Below, piece by piece: positions 48,545-61,621 of a stretch of DNA of 64,000 nucleotides (within the stretch, counting starts at the first letter, position 1; the number at the start of each line of letters is the position of its first letter). Source of the DNA: Octopus sinensis (taxonomy: Eukaryota). The stretch is from assembly GCF_006345805.1 (NCBI RefSeq), contig NC_042999.1, forward strand, positions 41,106,001 through 41,170,000, read 5' to 3'. The translations under genes and the position numbers were made by a program. The notes under the pieces are model-generated. The model searched no databases. It saw only the letters and a list, made by a program, of their open reading frames with translations, and was not told the origin of the DNA.

Positions 48545-51500
48545 AGATTGTTTCTGTTTTCAGTCCCGACATACTGCTCTTCCAAATAACTTCATTTTCG
48601 ATAACTCCTTCGTATTTTTAGATGCTTCTTTTGTCGATTGGGACTGATTCTTCAATTATGAGGAACGTCTAGTAGTCATTGATAACAATATCAGTTCTTG
48701 TTATCCCTGTGTGTGTGAAATGGCATATCCTGCTTCGTTATGTTCTAAGACTCCTTTCGGTGTATGTTTATACCAACTTTTGGCATTCCACTGTATGTAT
48801 GTATCTTTGTCATAACGGTAGAGATATTCATTTTTTGTCTAAGACAACAAAACTAAAAGGAATGTCGTTAATTGTTTCTTTCTCTATATCCATATATTCT
48901 ATGGCTACTTTGATGTCTTCTACTTCATTGAATGCTTTTGGTATCTTCTTATGGGTACGCTTGCTTCTTTTGTCGCAACGTAAGAATCTGTAAGTTCCAT
49001 CTTTGAATCCTGTTTTCAGTATTTCTTTACCTTTTTTTTTGCGTTATCTATTTTTTGTTATATGCTTTCGGCATGTTTTATTAACTTTCTTTTTCTGTTA
49101 GCTGTGCCCCCCTTTGCTAACTTTGATGAAGACATACAACTATTTTGTATATTTTGTCTTCTGTGGCTATTTGCATTTCGTTTCTATCATTTATCGTTTG
49201 CACTCCTACACCAAATGTTAAAGAATGGTTTCTAATTACATAACACTCATCCCTTTCTGAATTCTGGTTAAATAAAATGTTTGTATGTCAGATTTTGCGT
49301 GATTTATTCTAAACTTAGTCATTACTTTTCTTGCTTTTCTGTCTAGTCATGCTCATTCATTTAGTGGCCAGTTTGTAACAGTATAAATATAACTAACTAC
49401 ATGCATTTAGCTTGGTTTTATATATCAATGTTATGTGTCTATTCCTAAATGTTTTTCTTTGTTGGGTTTGTAGCCTACTTCATTGGTTCTTTGCTATTTT
49501 TAAATCTGTGTTTCGTAGAAATGTTTCTGTCTTCGTCTGACATGACATTAGTGCTATTAACTCTTCTGTGTGTGACTACTATCAAATTTGCATGCTGTCT
49601 GTATCAGTGTTTCTCGTTGTTAAGCACCTGTAACGTATATATTTGTTTGTCTTCCTCTAGCGTTTGCAACCGCGTCCAATTTCTTTCAATATATTGATTA
49701 CAGATGTCAAAAGCAAGCAGAAATGAGTGATGAGTGAAGGTTCCCTTAGAATATTCCTCATCAAATTGATATAGATATTAGTTTTATGAGTTCCTGTTTT
49801 GTACGTATTTAGGGAGCTGCTTCTCATTTATTTATTAATGGTAATGGTGCTAATTTACTGATGCTTAACGTTTCCAGAATCTACTTCTGGAAGCTACTGT
49901 CGAAATCCTTCTGTTAGTCAATACAATTCTACGCTAACACCCATCCTTATTATTTTACAATTCTGAGATATGGTTACATAGTTAAAGTTAATCTTGACCC
50001 AAGTATGAGCCTTTGTAGCATACATTCTATTTTCTGGACTTTTACTGAATATTCCAGATGTATATATAGCGTTTGCGATATTTTGTATATTTTGTAATCT
50101 GTTGGAAGGCAGGTTATGGATCTAGAGGATTAAAATGATTTTCTTCTTAGTGGAAGAATGAGATGTTGTTTTCGGTTTCTTTTATAACTTCCTACACATT
50201 TAGCTACTATTTTATGTGTTTCTGTTAAATACTTTAGCTTGATGTACAGGATTTTATTATTTCTTAATGTTTACATTCAGTTTGTTTTCGTAACATCTGG
50301 GATACATTCTTGTTGATATGGCGTTTCACGTTTATTCAGGTGCTGTATATTTTCGAAAATTCCCTTCCTTCACTGTGTAGTCTCCTCTGCAGAATTCTCT
50401 TACTTTCCTTAGTGCTGATGCTGTATTGATTTCTATTTTACTTTTCTAATTCTTTGTAAAATCGTTTTTGGTTTGAGTCGAGCTACTTGTTTTGTTCAAA
50501 GAATCTTTGATGCTTTAATGAGCATAACTTGTTTCTGGAGTTCTTTGATTTATAACATTTTTTTTTGGCAATTATATTTCTGTACTATTTTTTCTCTTTA
50601 TTGTTTCTCACTGGTGTCTTTTCGTTATTGATTTCATTAATGATTGGGAAGTTATTTTCACCCATTGTCTGTGTTGTTCTTTGTTTCACGTGTTGTTTGC
50701 ATCATTTTTGATATTTCATTATGAGTAGATATGGTGGGTACCTACTTTTCCTAAAAATTACTGCAGCTGTTTTATATATAATTTCGGATAACCTAGCAGT
50801 ATTCGTTTTCTTGCTTGTTGCCATAATACCTACTACAGCAAAATTTTAAATTTCACTGTAGATATTTTGTACGGGTTACGTTGTTAAGTCCCTATAAAGA
50901 TCTAGTTAGTAACTTAATTCTTTTATTATTTCTTCATTTACATTGTCGTGTTCCTGACTTCTATATTTAGAATTGCCTATTCTAATTTAATTATGTTCTG
51001 TTTTGTTTGTATTTTTCTACCCCCGATTTTATTACTCAGTATTTTATGTCTTGATGCTATGTTTTCCTATACGTCTTTTGAATATTTTCGCATTTTATGC
51101 CAAAATTTTTATGTAGTTTACGTTCTCAGTGGTTTTCTATATCGTATTGAATTGAAATTTTCTTTCAGACTTGTATTGTATGACTTGTTTTTATGTATTA
51201 CTAAGTGGCCTATTTTAATCACTGATATCTTTTAGTGTTTAGGAATGCATCTCTTTAAGTTAGCTACTTTGGGATTTGATGCTGGTTTGCATCGAGGTAT
51301 GTTACCTTCATAACTTAAACGCAGACATCACAATTTCATTTTTCTTTTAGAGTACGCTTGTAAAACATGCATTAAAAATGGAACCATTTTACTCTTGAGC
51401 ACTCTTTGAGATGTGAAGTCTATATTTAATGTATAATCGTTTGTTTAAAGGATATGTCTCTTGTCGCTTTCTACCCGATAGAAATGTGTTTTCCATCATA

Positions 51501-51630
51501 TATACCCCTGCAGACAGTTGTAGTTTGGGAAAAACTTCATTGAAAGGCAGTGAACTCTTCGAGCAGGCTCATGTAGAAACCTTGCAAAAGAGAAAGAAAG
51601 GAAAAAAGAATCCCTCGCAAGTATAGCCAA
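48545..51630 (-). pseudogene. Heavily decayed R4/Dong-like (RLE) LINE
   Basis: About 3 kb of T-rich plus strand. Broken minus-strand frames near 48.6-48.9 kb read EYLYRYDK..YIQW...WYKHTPKGVLE and ITRTDIVINDY*TFLIIEESVPID (PD-(D/E)xK RLE-like), and YLGQD occurs near 50.0 kb. Boundaries are approximate. Confidence 0.6.
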
Positions 51631-51652
51631 ACTAAATATATTTCTCTATATC

Positions 51653-51752
51653 NNNNNNNNNNNNNNNNNNNNNNNNNNNNNNNNNNNNNNNNNNNNNNNN
51701 NNNNNNNNNNNNNNNNNNNNNNNNNNNNNNNNNNNNNNNNNNNNNNNNNNNN
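51653..51752. other. Assembly gap (100 N)
   Basis: Run of N. Confidence 1.
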
Positions 51753-52142
51753 TTTCAATTACTTCTTAGCACTTTAGTCGCTTATTAAGAATTCTAAACT
51801 GAATGAAATCCACGTCCTCCTTAATCTCAACGACTTGCTATTTCCTTTCTATAATTATCACCTTCGCATAATAGACAGCTGCCAGTATCTTTTACTGTAT
51901 ATTCAGAAAGTTTGCAGTTGGTGCTGAACCAATAATTATCAGTGCTTTAACTTCGATTCCGATGTTACGTGTTAACAAACATAGTAAAGCAGTGTTATTT
52001 TCGAACGACTCTATGTTACATGCCGAACAAATTATGATTCACTCGTAAGGAAGTATTGAGTCTAAATACAATATTGGAACCACCACCACCATTATTATTA
52101 TTATTATTATTATCATTATTATTATCATTATTATTATCATTA

Positions 52143-52527
52143 TCTCTCTATATATAAACGGCAGTTTGTCTGTGCGTGTTTCTGTGTGTCTGTTTGGTTG
52201 TACCCTCACCCTGACCACGGCTTTCAACCGATTCTGATGAAACTTGACACACACATAGCCCAATGTCACAATTCAAAACTAACGCAGCGAAAATTTTGGA
52301 AAGTTCCCCCAGTTCTGAAAAAAATCGATAAATTCGACATGGGGTCGAGAATCAGAAACACAAACCACAGACTGTCTAGGGGACGCAACTCGACCTTTTT
52401 TAACTCTCCAAAAAAATTTACCATCATTTTTTTTCCATTTTTTTGCTATTTTTTGGCTATAACTCTCTAAAAATGCTTTATAGTTATTTCCCTTACAAAC
52501 CTGAGCAACGCCGGGCGATACTGCTAG
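52143..52527 (+). mobile_element. Non-autonomous Helitron-like element inserted in an (ATT)n tract
   Basis: A|TCTCTCTATATATAAACGG start; subterminal hairpin cctgagcaacgccggg; CTAG|T end at 52524-52527; no TSD. Confidence 0.85.
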
Positions 52528-52618
52528 TTATTGCTATTATTATCATCATCGCTATTATTATTATTGTTATTATTATTACTATTATTATCATCATCGCTAT
52601 TATTATTATTGTTATTAC

Positions 52619-52651
<33 letters not shown>

Positions 52652-52673
52652 TACTATTATTATTATTATTACT

Positions 52674-52704
<31 letters not shown>

Positions 52705-52728
52705 ATATTATTATTATTATTAGCAGTG

Positions 52729-52764
<36 letters not shown>

Positions 52765-52765
52765 T
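52528..52765. repeat. (ATT)n/(AGT)n microsatellite
   Basis: Read directly; continues the tract at 52090-52142. Confidence 0.95.
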
Positions 52766-53324
52766 ATGAATTAACAGTAAAATCATCACAAATTGCTAAC
52801 GGCCAGGTGCTAACTTATACATTTCTGCATGTAAGCCTCTGATGAGTTATTAAGTTTAGTATTCACACATTTTCGTATTGATGATGATGATGGTGATGAT
52901 GATGCTGTAGTTGTTGTTATTTAACCCCTAGTCAGTACTGACCAGCAAAACCTATGTTCAACTGTATTCTTCACATTACCAATATTTATTATCAATATTT
53001 GTTAATTAATTTCGATATAATTAAGCAGCTTAAATACATATGCTATAATTTTTTGCTTTTTTTATGTTATCTTCCACTTTTCGTTTACACACAAATTATT
53101 TCCTTCACCCAGTTAAACATTTGGAACTTATAATTATGCCGATATAAGTGAATTAAATGTGCGTTTCTCTTTGGTGTAAAATTACATACACTTTCAACAC
53201 TGTTCCCTAAATTCGTACTCGATACCGAAAGATTGAATCCTCGTTACAAGCACTACAAACGCACACACGCGCAAACATAAACATATACACTCACAGGCAC
53301 ACTCACAAACATGTTTGTTTGTGT

Positions 53325-53358
<34 letters not shown>

Positions 53359-53443
53359 TCGTATTGGTTCCATCAAGTATTCCTAATCCATTTACGCTTC
53401 TAAATATTGATAGTATATTCCATATTGCAATATGGAAATTAGT

Positions 53444-53483
<40 letters not shown>

Positions 53484-53484
<1 letters not shown>

Positions 53485-53510
53485 TAGCAAATCTACCCAT
53501 CTACGATGGA
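53484..53510 (-). mobile_element. Isolated Helitron-like 3' terminus
   Basis: Reverse complement ccatc-gta-gatgg hairpin, then gtagatttg-CTAG|T, abutting (TA)n. Confidence 0.45.
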
Positions 53511-54440
53511 GGCACACACATACACACGCACATATACACTCACACACATATATACGTATACACACATACACTCACACACACATATACATGCACACAAATA
53601 CACTCACACACATCGTATTTGTATATATCCTATCAATGATACAAATACTGATGGAGTAACTCAAAACTTCGATTAGAATTATGTATATAATAAATTTCGA
53701 AGCTATTGATTTAGAATAAGCGATTAGTTCGTAGCTGAATCGAAGGACCTATTGTATTACCTGTTGCATACCACCTTCGACGCACACTTCAGAATCGTAG
53801 ACCAAGGTAGACAAGTCATATTTAGGTGAACAGTGGTTTTTACTTTAACGATAGATAATATTTCATATGTACGACGCTCAGGCAGAGATCGTGTCCATCG
53901 TATCAGAAAACATGAAATTGAAAATAGCTAGACGTATTATAGCAATACATCACTCGCAGAAAGAAAATATACAAACAGTAGATTTGAATTCGGGCTCCAA
54001 TCATATCGAAGTAAACATCAATAATTGTCATAAAATTATTTCTATTTATTTGGTTTTTATCAAATATTTTTTTTTTCGTCATGTGAGGTTATAGAATTAA
54101 TAAGTTGATATAATCATGCTCTCGTTAATTCCTCTACTTTCGATATTTGCCATAGTTTATTGTTTATCGACTCGAAATAATGAGCAAGTAATAATAATAA
54201 TAGCCAGTAGCAATTTTATTTGTCTTTCCTTCTACTCAGAGTCTATTACTAACACTTGCAGAAACGGAGAAATAGAAATTTTAGATATTACAGAAGTATT
54301 TGTTATAGTAAACACGTTGTTTATAATTCGATTTATTGTCATCAGCAAAATCCAACGATCACTGTTGCTAGATATTGGTTACTTTTCCTGAAAATTATTC
54401 GGTCCGTCTGACATTATTGGATTGTATGCTTCTGTAATTA

Positions 54441-54493
<53 letters not shown>

Positions 54494-55293
54494 GATATAG
54501 TAGTGTTCTTCATTGTTTTGGTCGGAAACGAGAAAGTATTTCGATATATATATATTTCGCCAGTGATTATGGTGATATTTATAATTGCCATGTTTGATGT
54601 GAGTGACCTTTCAGTTTTTGTATATTAATATTCTAGTATGTTTACTATAATTACTACATCAAACTATCTTTACGGGTATTCAATATTAATTCAATAACTT
54701 ATATATATATAACCATTCTTGGTTATATATAATATGTAGCTAAATAGATTCCAAATCACATGCCATATTTCACTGAAATAATATATTGTTCAATAAGAAT
54801 TTTGTAGAGATGTGTATATATCTCATGCTAACATCAGGTATTTTTTTTTATCAATATGTATATAATTCGTGAAACCAGTGTGGAAACCAGTAATGTTTAA
54901 TATACGCACTGAGAACTAACAAATATATACTTAACAACAAAACGTATTCACTGAGAAAATTAACATATCGTTTACGTTCAGTCTGAAGAAAATGAGATTC
55001 GTATAACTATAGTATTCTAAATATATACACAGTCTAAATGTCTTTTATTGATCTAAAATCTTTTGCTTTTAATGTTTCGTTTCTAATGTCAAATGTCCGT
55101 AGACATATCATATAATATACACCGAGAAAAATAATGTTTATATATTCAAAGACTTCAACCAAATACGTAGTAAAACGGAATATCAGCATGATATGCTATT
55201 TTAAAATAACTGGGATAGAGATAGGTAGTTTTGCATAAATGTCTGCTCAAATAAATAATGATAATGTTAAGTATAACAACATTGAGACACCAG

Positions 55294-55365
55294 GCATTTG
55301 GCAACCAAATGCTGCATTTGGCGTAGAAAAGTAACATTTGGCACAAAAATGCAACATTTGGCAAC
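55294..55365. repeat. Four CATTTGGC cores at exact 20-bp period
   Basis: catttggc at 55295, 55315, 55335 and 55355. Confidence 0.9.
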
Positions 55366-56153
55366 TGGTCAGTGGTTTTATCCTTAGGCCCTCCTAAGTT
55401 GCTACCATAAGTTTTCATTTTCAAATTACGATATTCATATAAATATGAATTATTCACATCTTCTGATAGTAATAGAGGCGTAAGTTGCCTACTGGGTGTT
55501 TTGTAGGCAAGCAAATAATCTTTGCCATATTTACTTTACTTTTTGCTTGGGCCTCCAATTCCATTGTGACCCCAAATAAATAGATTAAATGAAATAACTA
55601 TTTCAACATATTTTATGGCTCTGCAGTGCCAGGTATCCGAGGGATATATTTGCCTGATTTTGTACATTATTTACATGTATATATGTATGTGTATAGATGC
55701 ACTAATACACACACGCACCCTCAGTCACGCACACGCACATACATATACATATATGACATATATACACAAACATATATATGTGTGTGTGTCCTCTTAGTAT
55801 ATAGCTTGTATACCTTAGACATAAGTATAAAAGTCGAGCTGGAATTATTTTCATTTCGTGAATGATGATTTCTGAGTTCAAACCTTGCAAGCACCTGCTT
55901 AGATTTCAACAGACTTTTAAGTACATAAAAACCTATATACACTAACACAGAACTCCGCAATCAGTCTGCCGCGGCACACTGGTATGTCATGAGACGATTC
56001 CAGCTGTGCACTAGTGTAACCGGAATATAATTCTTTTCCTTATACTTTTAGCTATAGTTTCAGTTCAGGTGTGCCGCTCAATTTTGAAAAGAATATATGT
56101 GTGTCGCCAGTGAAAAAAGGTTGCGGAGCACTGTACTATAACAAAATCCCTTA

Positions 56154-56543
56154 TACTCTTTTACCAGTTCAGTCATTTGACTGCGGCCATGCTGGAGCAT
56201 CGCCTTTAGTCGGGTAAATCGAGCCCAGTACTTATTCTTTGTAAGCCTAGTACTTATTCTATCAGTCTCTTAGACCGAACCGCTAACTTACGGGGACGTA
56301 AACACACCAGCATCGGTTGTCAAGTGACGTGGGGGGGGGCAAACACAGACACACAAACATATACACACACATACATATACGACGGGCTCCTTTCAGTTTC
56401 CGTCTACCAAATCCACTAACAAGGCTTTGGTCGGCCCGAGTCTATAGTAGAAGACACTTGCCCACGGTACCACGCACTGGGACTAACCCCAGAACCATGT
56501 GGTTGGTAAGCAAGCTACTTAGCACACAGTCACTCCTGCGCCT
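56154..56543 (-). mobile_element. SINE family A, full length
   Basis: cagtcatttgactgcggccatgctggagcatcgcc...aagctacttagcacacagtcactcctgcgcc. Confidence 0.92.
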
Positions 56544-56624
56544 ATATCTTGACACCTGGCCATTCAATTGAAGATAAGAAACAGCTGGTCAGTCGACCGA
56601 CATCTTGTCACATGTACGAAGTGG

Positions 56625-56716
56625 ATCTATTCTGGATCTATGAAAGGTGATGTCTATTCTGGATCTATGAAAGGTGATGTCTATTCTGGATCTATGAAAG
56701 GTAATGTCTATTCTGA
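56625..56716. repeat. 27-bp tandem repeat, about 3.4 units
   Basis: tctattctggatctatgaaaggtgatg repeated. Confidence 0.9.
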
Positions 56717-57074
56717 CAAGATAGATTCTAGGAACAGAGATTTATCAGAAAACTATTAGGAACTTTGCATAACATTTTACCGATTCTAATGTTATCATAC
56801 ATTCAGTTTTTTAAAAAAATAATTTAAGGTGAAATGTAATAATTATTTCGGCATTTAACACGAGGACAACATTTGAGATTTTAATGGATCACATCGACTG
56901 TAGTATACGAGTGATATTTTATTTTATCGATCTCAATGGCTGGTATTTCAATTCGAAACAATGAGCCGGAAGGAATATTTCTAAGCATTTTCCCTTTATA
57001 TATTATTATTATTATTTATTTTTTTTTGCACTAACGATTCTGCCGGTTCGTCACCTTTCAGATGATTTGTAAGG

Positions 57075-57770
57075 ACTCTTTCTATTATAGGGACAATGCC
57101 TAAAATTTCAAGGGAGAAGAGTAGCCACTTACATTAACCCTAGTGCATAACTGCTACTTATTTTATTGTCATTGGATAGATGAAAACACAGACCATTTCA
57201 GCGAATTTGGAACTTTGGAGAGGAAGTCGGTAAAAATGCTGATATGCATTTCGTCCAGCTTGGTAACGATTGTGCCAGATTGTTGCCCTCAAGATGATGT
57301 GTAATAATAACAGCAGCAACACTACACCGGTTTGAGAATAATATTTAGGTTTAAGCTTACGGTTATATCTCTTACCAAGCCTTTCAAACATCTATTTACG
57401 TTTCGATATTCTGCGATTAAATATGGAAGGCGATTTTTGTGTAAGGAACTATACTCTTACAAATAAAGCGGACGCGATTAACACAAACTCCATATTCGAA
57501 AGGTTTAGATGAAGTAAAAACAATACTCCAACAGAAAGTAGATTTAGAAATGAAAATATAATTTTGATAACTGCTTTAATGCAGGTACAAGGCTAAGAAT
57601 TTTGGGAAAAGGTTACTTGTCGCTACTATCAACCCCAGTGCTTCACTTTATCGAGCACAAAAGAACGAATTGTAAAATTGACCTCCACGAGATTTGAGCT
57701 CAGAAGGTAGACAAAAGGAAGTAATACCGTCAGACATTTTCTTTGATACGTTAACAATTCTTTCAGTTAA
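57075..57770 (-). mobile_element. Two old, degenerate SINE B copies (about 57075-57260 and 57575-57770)
   Basis: ctttctattatagggaca...gcgaatttggaac and gtacaaggctaagaattt...gacctccacgagatttgagctcagaag. Confidence 0.6.
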
Positions 57771-60700
57771 ACGATACCAACTGTAATCTGTATTATTTCT
57801 AGTAAGAAAAGACTAAACAAATTTTGAAAGAAAGAGCGAGTATAAAAGCCGTAGAAGTAGACACAAAAATAGCTGAACTAATATGTAGCTATATCGTATA
57901 TCTCATAAATGGAGATTGAATAATGATTCTTTATTTAGAGAGATGATACCATATTTTGAAATAAAAGCAAATGCAAATGTGTATGCATTTTAAGAGAGAA
58001 ACATTATTATCATGTGAGACGAATACGAGTGTAAAATTCTGCTTACTAAGAACAGATAACTGCCAGTCAAATCATTAGTAAAAGGTTTATTTCATGTGCA
58101 TAACTTTTTCTCTTGGTAATTGGGAAATATTTTGGTAATTATCAATATAATGATGATTCTACATATTATAGTAGATTAATAAATTACAATATATAATTGA
58201 AACTGTTTAATCCATTGAACTGGTCGATAGTTTACATGTATTTATTCTATAATGATTATGTCTGAGAGAGTGGTAGTCCAATCTATTTCTGTCGATATTT
58301 ATAATATAGTGAACTCAAACTAACTACTATGTGGTGTTTACAATGATGAAATAGAAGCAGAATCTTCTGTATGATGTAGCTTCGAAAGAGAAGCAGAAAA
58401 CCGTATCAGCAATTAAAAATAGACATCATAAAAAAATGTGTTAAAAAAAGGCAAAACAAAGCAACAGGAGTACAAAACAAGTAAAAGATGCAACCGAAGA
58501 AAAATCGTCAATATGGGGAATAAACGCCTATGGTGACAACAGCTAAAGAAACAGGTAGGGAAAGAAATAGGAGTGAAATACCATAGAAGCAATTAAATAT
58601 AATATAAAAATAATGATTAAGTCAGTTTCCGTTACACCTTTTACGTTTTTTTTTTATTTCCACCCACCTGAAATGGAAGCAGATTTATTTCGTATCAACT
58701 AAATTTAGTTATGTCGCAAACCAACTCGTTATCGGTGACGTCTTTGCACCCGGCTGCTTACATAAAAAAGCACCATCATATTCCCTTCCTCCCTTCTTCT
58801 AATTAATTCATCAGCTAACCTTTTCTGTTTCTCCACTATTTCAATATCCTTAGCTCTTATGAAACTTCCGGTGAAAACAGCAGGTTACCAGTCACTTTAT
58901 GATGACATTTCGCATCTGAGACGCCCGATGTAAACAACAATGTGATCGAAGATGAAAAATGGGTAACGGCCTTATGCTATATTTCGGGAGCTTTTCCTCT
59001 TCATCAGCACCCACCCAACCCATTAACCATCAACGAAGTCATTGCTTAAATAGCCACTAAATATAGCGGTGCAACGTTATTGGATATAATCAATTTTATA
59101 TATTAAACACATTCCTGGTACGTAAATATTAATGACCTGTAAGGATAGCGTATTTCGTTATGCAACCATTATAGACTACAAAGAAAATGAAACGTTTTTA
59201 AAAGTCAATACAAACCAATATAAAATTCTTAAAACAGCAATAAATATGAATGAGACAATTATAAAATGTTAAAATTAATTAAAAGAAAACAAATCAATAT
59301 GAATAAGGTATTCGGTGTACATCTCGTATTTTCAATGTTTTGTTCGCGAATTTTAACTACTTCATTTGAAGATGTTCTTTCCTTTGGGATAATACGTGGT
59401 GGCGACCCCATCCGTTCTAAAATGATTGTCCGGTATCACCTTCCGTAGTGTGACTCGATCTGTCTTATGATGTGTCATATGCCCCACTGTCACGCCTTCA
59501 AATTCATTGACATGTCGAGATATTCTACAATTTCCACCTTTCCAGGTTTCGTGTACCTAAGTTTATACATTATCGTTCTCTCGCGTAGTTTACCTGGTCA
59601 TTCGAAACCAGTAATTAGGGTTTAACCACTGCCGTACAATGAGACATTTATGGAGCTTTACTTGAGTCAGATGCCAGAGTCGGAAACAAACCAGATGGTG
59701 GATAGCTGTCAAAGGGCGGCCACTGTTTCTCACCGTGAGGTACTATTCCTCTTTATGCATCTTATAGCTTACACACGCACAAACACACATACACAGATAT
59801 AACTCTTTACATGTAACTGTAATTGTTTAGCCAGCAATTCCATCAGCATGAATATTATTTTGTAAACATGATTGTAGAAGTGGAACTTAATGCGTTTTGG
59901 ATATTTCGACAATTGACAATTCACTAAATTGATTATTCTCAAATTTACTACAAACTGCGAATCAGTTAAGTTTAAGAGAATTATATATACAACCTTAGCG
60001 ACGTTATATGTTTTTCACCGTAGCAAACTTTTCTTACACCCCCTTCTTTCTAGTTACAAAACAGTAGACCCTTCCAAATGATAAGGTTACAGTTGTACGC
60101 ATCTTTAAAAAAAACTTATAAAAGCCATTTAAGGAACATTAAATCTGTGGGTAGCATTTTACTTAAATTAGATGTTATAATCTTCAGACAGATATAGATT
60201 TATACACTCAGATACTACTAACCAAAACCTGACATTTACATACCTTAGAGTGATTAACCATGTATATGTGTATATTTGTACACCTGTTATATTTTGGTTT
60301 TGAGTATGCATTTAGGCTTAGTATTTTTTTTTTTTGTTAATACTATGTGGATTCGGTTATATCTATATTTTGGAAACATTTCAAATACTTCCCTTCTACG
60401 AAAAGAAAGTCAGTTTTCACCGCAGCAAAAACCCTATTTATTATTTACTAACTCAGTTCAAACAAGTCGTTATCAATAAACAAAAGAGAAGACGGCTTCT
60501 ATTGATTAGATATTCTGGTATTTTTTTCCTAAATGTATTGAACACTTCTTCCCAATACCTGATACATTCAATCCTTTATGCAGCGAACTACTACAACTAT
60601 TTTTTTTTTTAAATTTACTTTCTCGTGGTTACGAATAATTATTTTAAATTATATTAACTTTGTACACTAATACAAACTTTAGCAATAGATACCATTTTCC

Positions 60701-61385
60701 CCTCCTTTTGTATCTTTGTTATTCTGTTGATGAGACATTATATAAACATGATTTATATGTTTACATTGAAGCTTACATTGAAATATCTACAATAATTTTG
60801 AAATAAAATGTTAGAGCTTAGAATTCTATATAAGACTCACGCTATTGAGATTTCGATGTGGAGCTTGTTACATGGTAACATACATTACTTAAAATTCTCT
60901 ACCAAAATACATTGCACACGATACTTTATAACGAAACATTCTCAATCGCTGCAATTTCGCAAATATCACCACGTTTTGCCACATTATCGATAGTTCAAAC
61001 AAACCAATGTTTGGACAATGTTTTTTTTTTATTTACATTTCGTATGTAACTCTAATAATTTTTGTTCGATTTAAGTCTTTATTAAATTCCTACGAGTATT
61101 AAAAAAATTTGTTCGCTCATTTTTATTTTCTAGTTGATTCTCTTTCCGTTTGACTGTTTTATAAATTTCATCTACAGTTAAGAAGAGACAGAAGAAAAGC
61201 GGTATTTCAACACTTCTTTTATAGACATTGAATTATTTAGATTTCAAGCAGAGCTCGGTAGTTTGTCATTTAAATAAAGTATTACATGAAAATGAAGCGA
61301 AAACATAGCCGCATGGTTAGAAAATCTTTTTCCCAGTTATATGTCTTCCCGTCCAATCTGTTGGACACTCGTCACCTATTATATA

Positions 61386-61621
61386 CATATTTGTTTACTG
61401 CCCACAAGGGGCTAAACATAGAGGGGACAAACAAGGACAGACAAAGGGATTAAGTCGATTGCATCGACGCCAGTGCGAAGCTGATACTTTACTTATCGAC
61501 CCCGAAAGAATGAAAGGCAAAGTCGACCTCGGCGGAATTTGAACTCAGAACGTAACGACAGACGAAATACCGCTAAGCATTTCACCCGGCGCGCTAACGT
61601 TTCTGCCAGCTCACCGCCTTA
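61386..61621 (-). mobile_element. SINE family B (B1 tail), full length, about 14-bp TSD
   Basis: tca(c/t)ctattatata at 61372-61385 and 61622-61635. Confidence 0.92.

Noticed and set aside
51537-51758. ORF spanning the poly-X run
   Set aside because: Artefact of the 100-N gap.
53648-53675. ctgatggagtaactcaaaac as a decayed hammerhead
   Set aside because: It requires two core changes and has no stem I.
50-56571. Recurrent ORF MTTDAG(V/M)F...RARLKAVLQHGRSQ (50, 5547, 18169, 22927) as a multicopy small gene
   Set aside because: It is a translation of the SINE A 3' half, starts at non-ATG codons, and varies freely between copies.
56625-56716. 27-bp in-frame repeat (YSGSMKGDV)n as a coding repeat
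   Set aside because: The host ORF is short, starts at a non-ATG codon at a SINE edge, and lacks splice support. A simple tandem duplication suffices.
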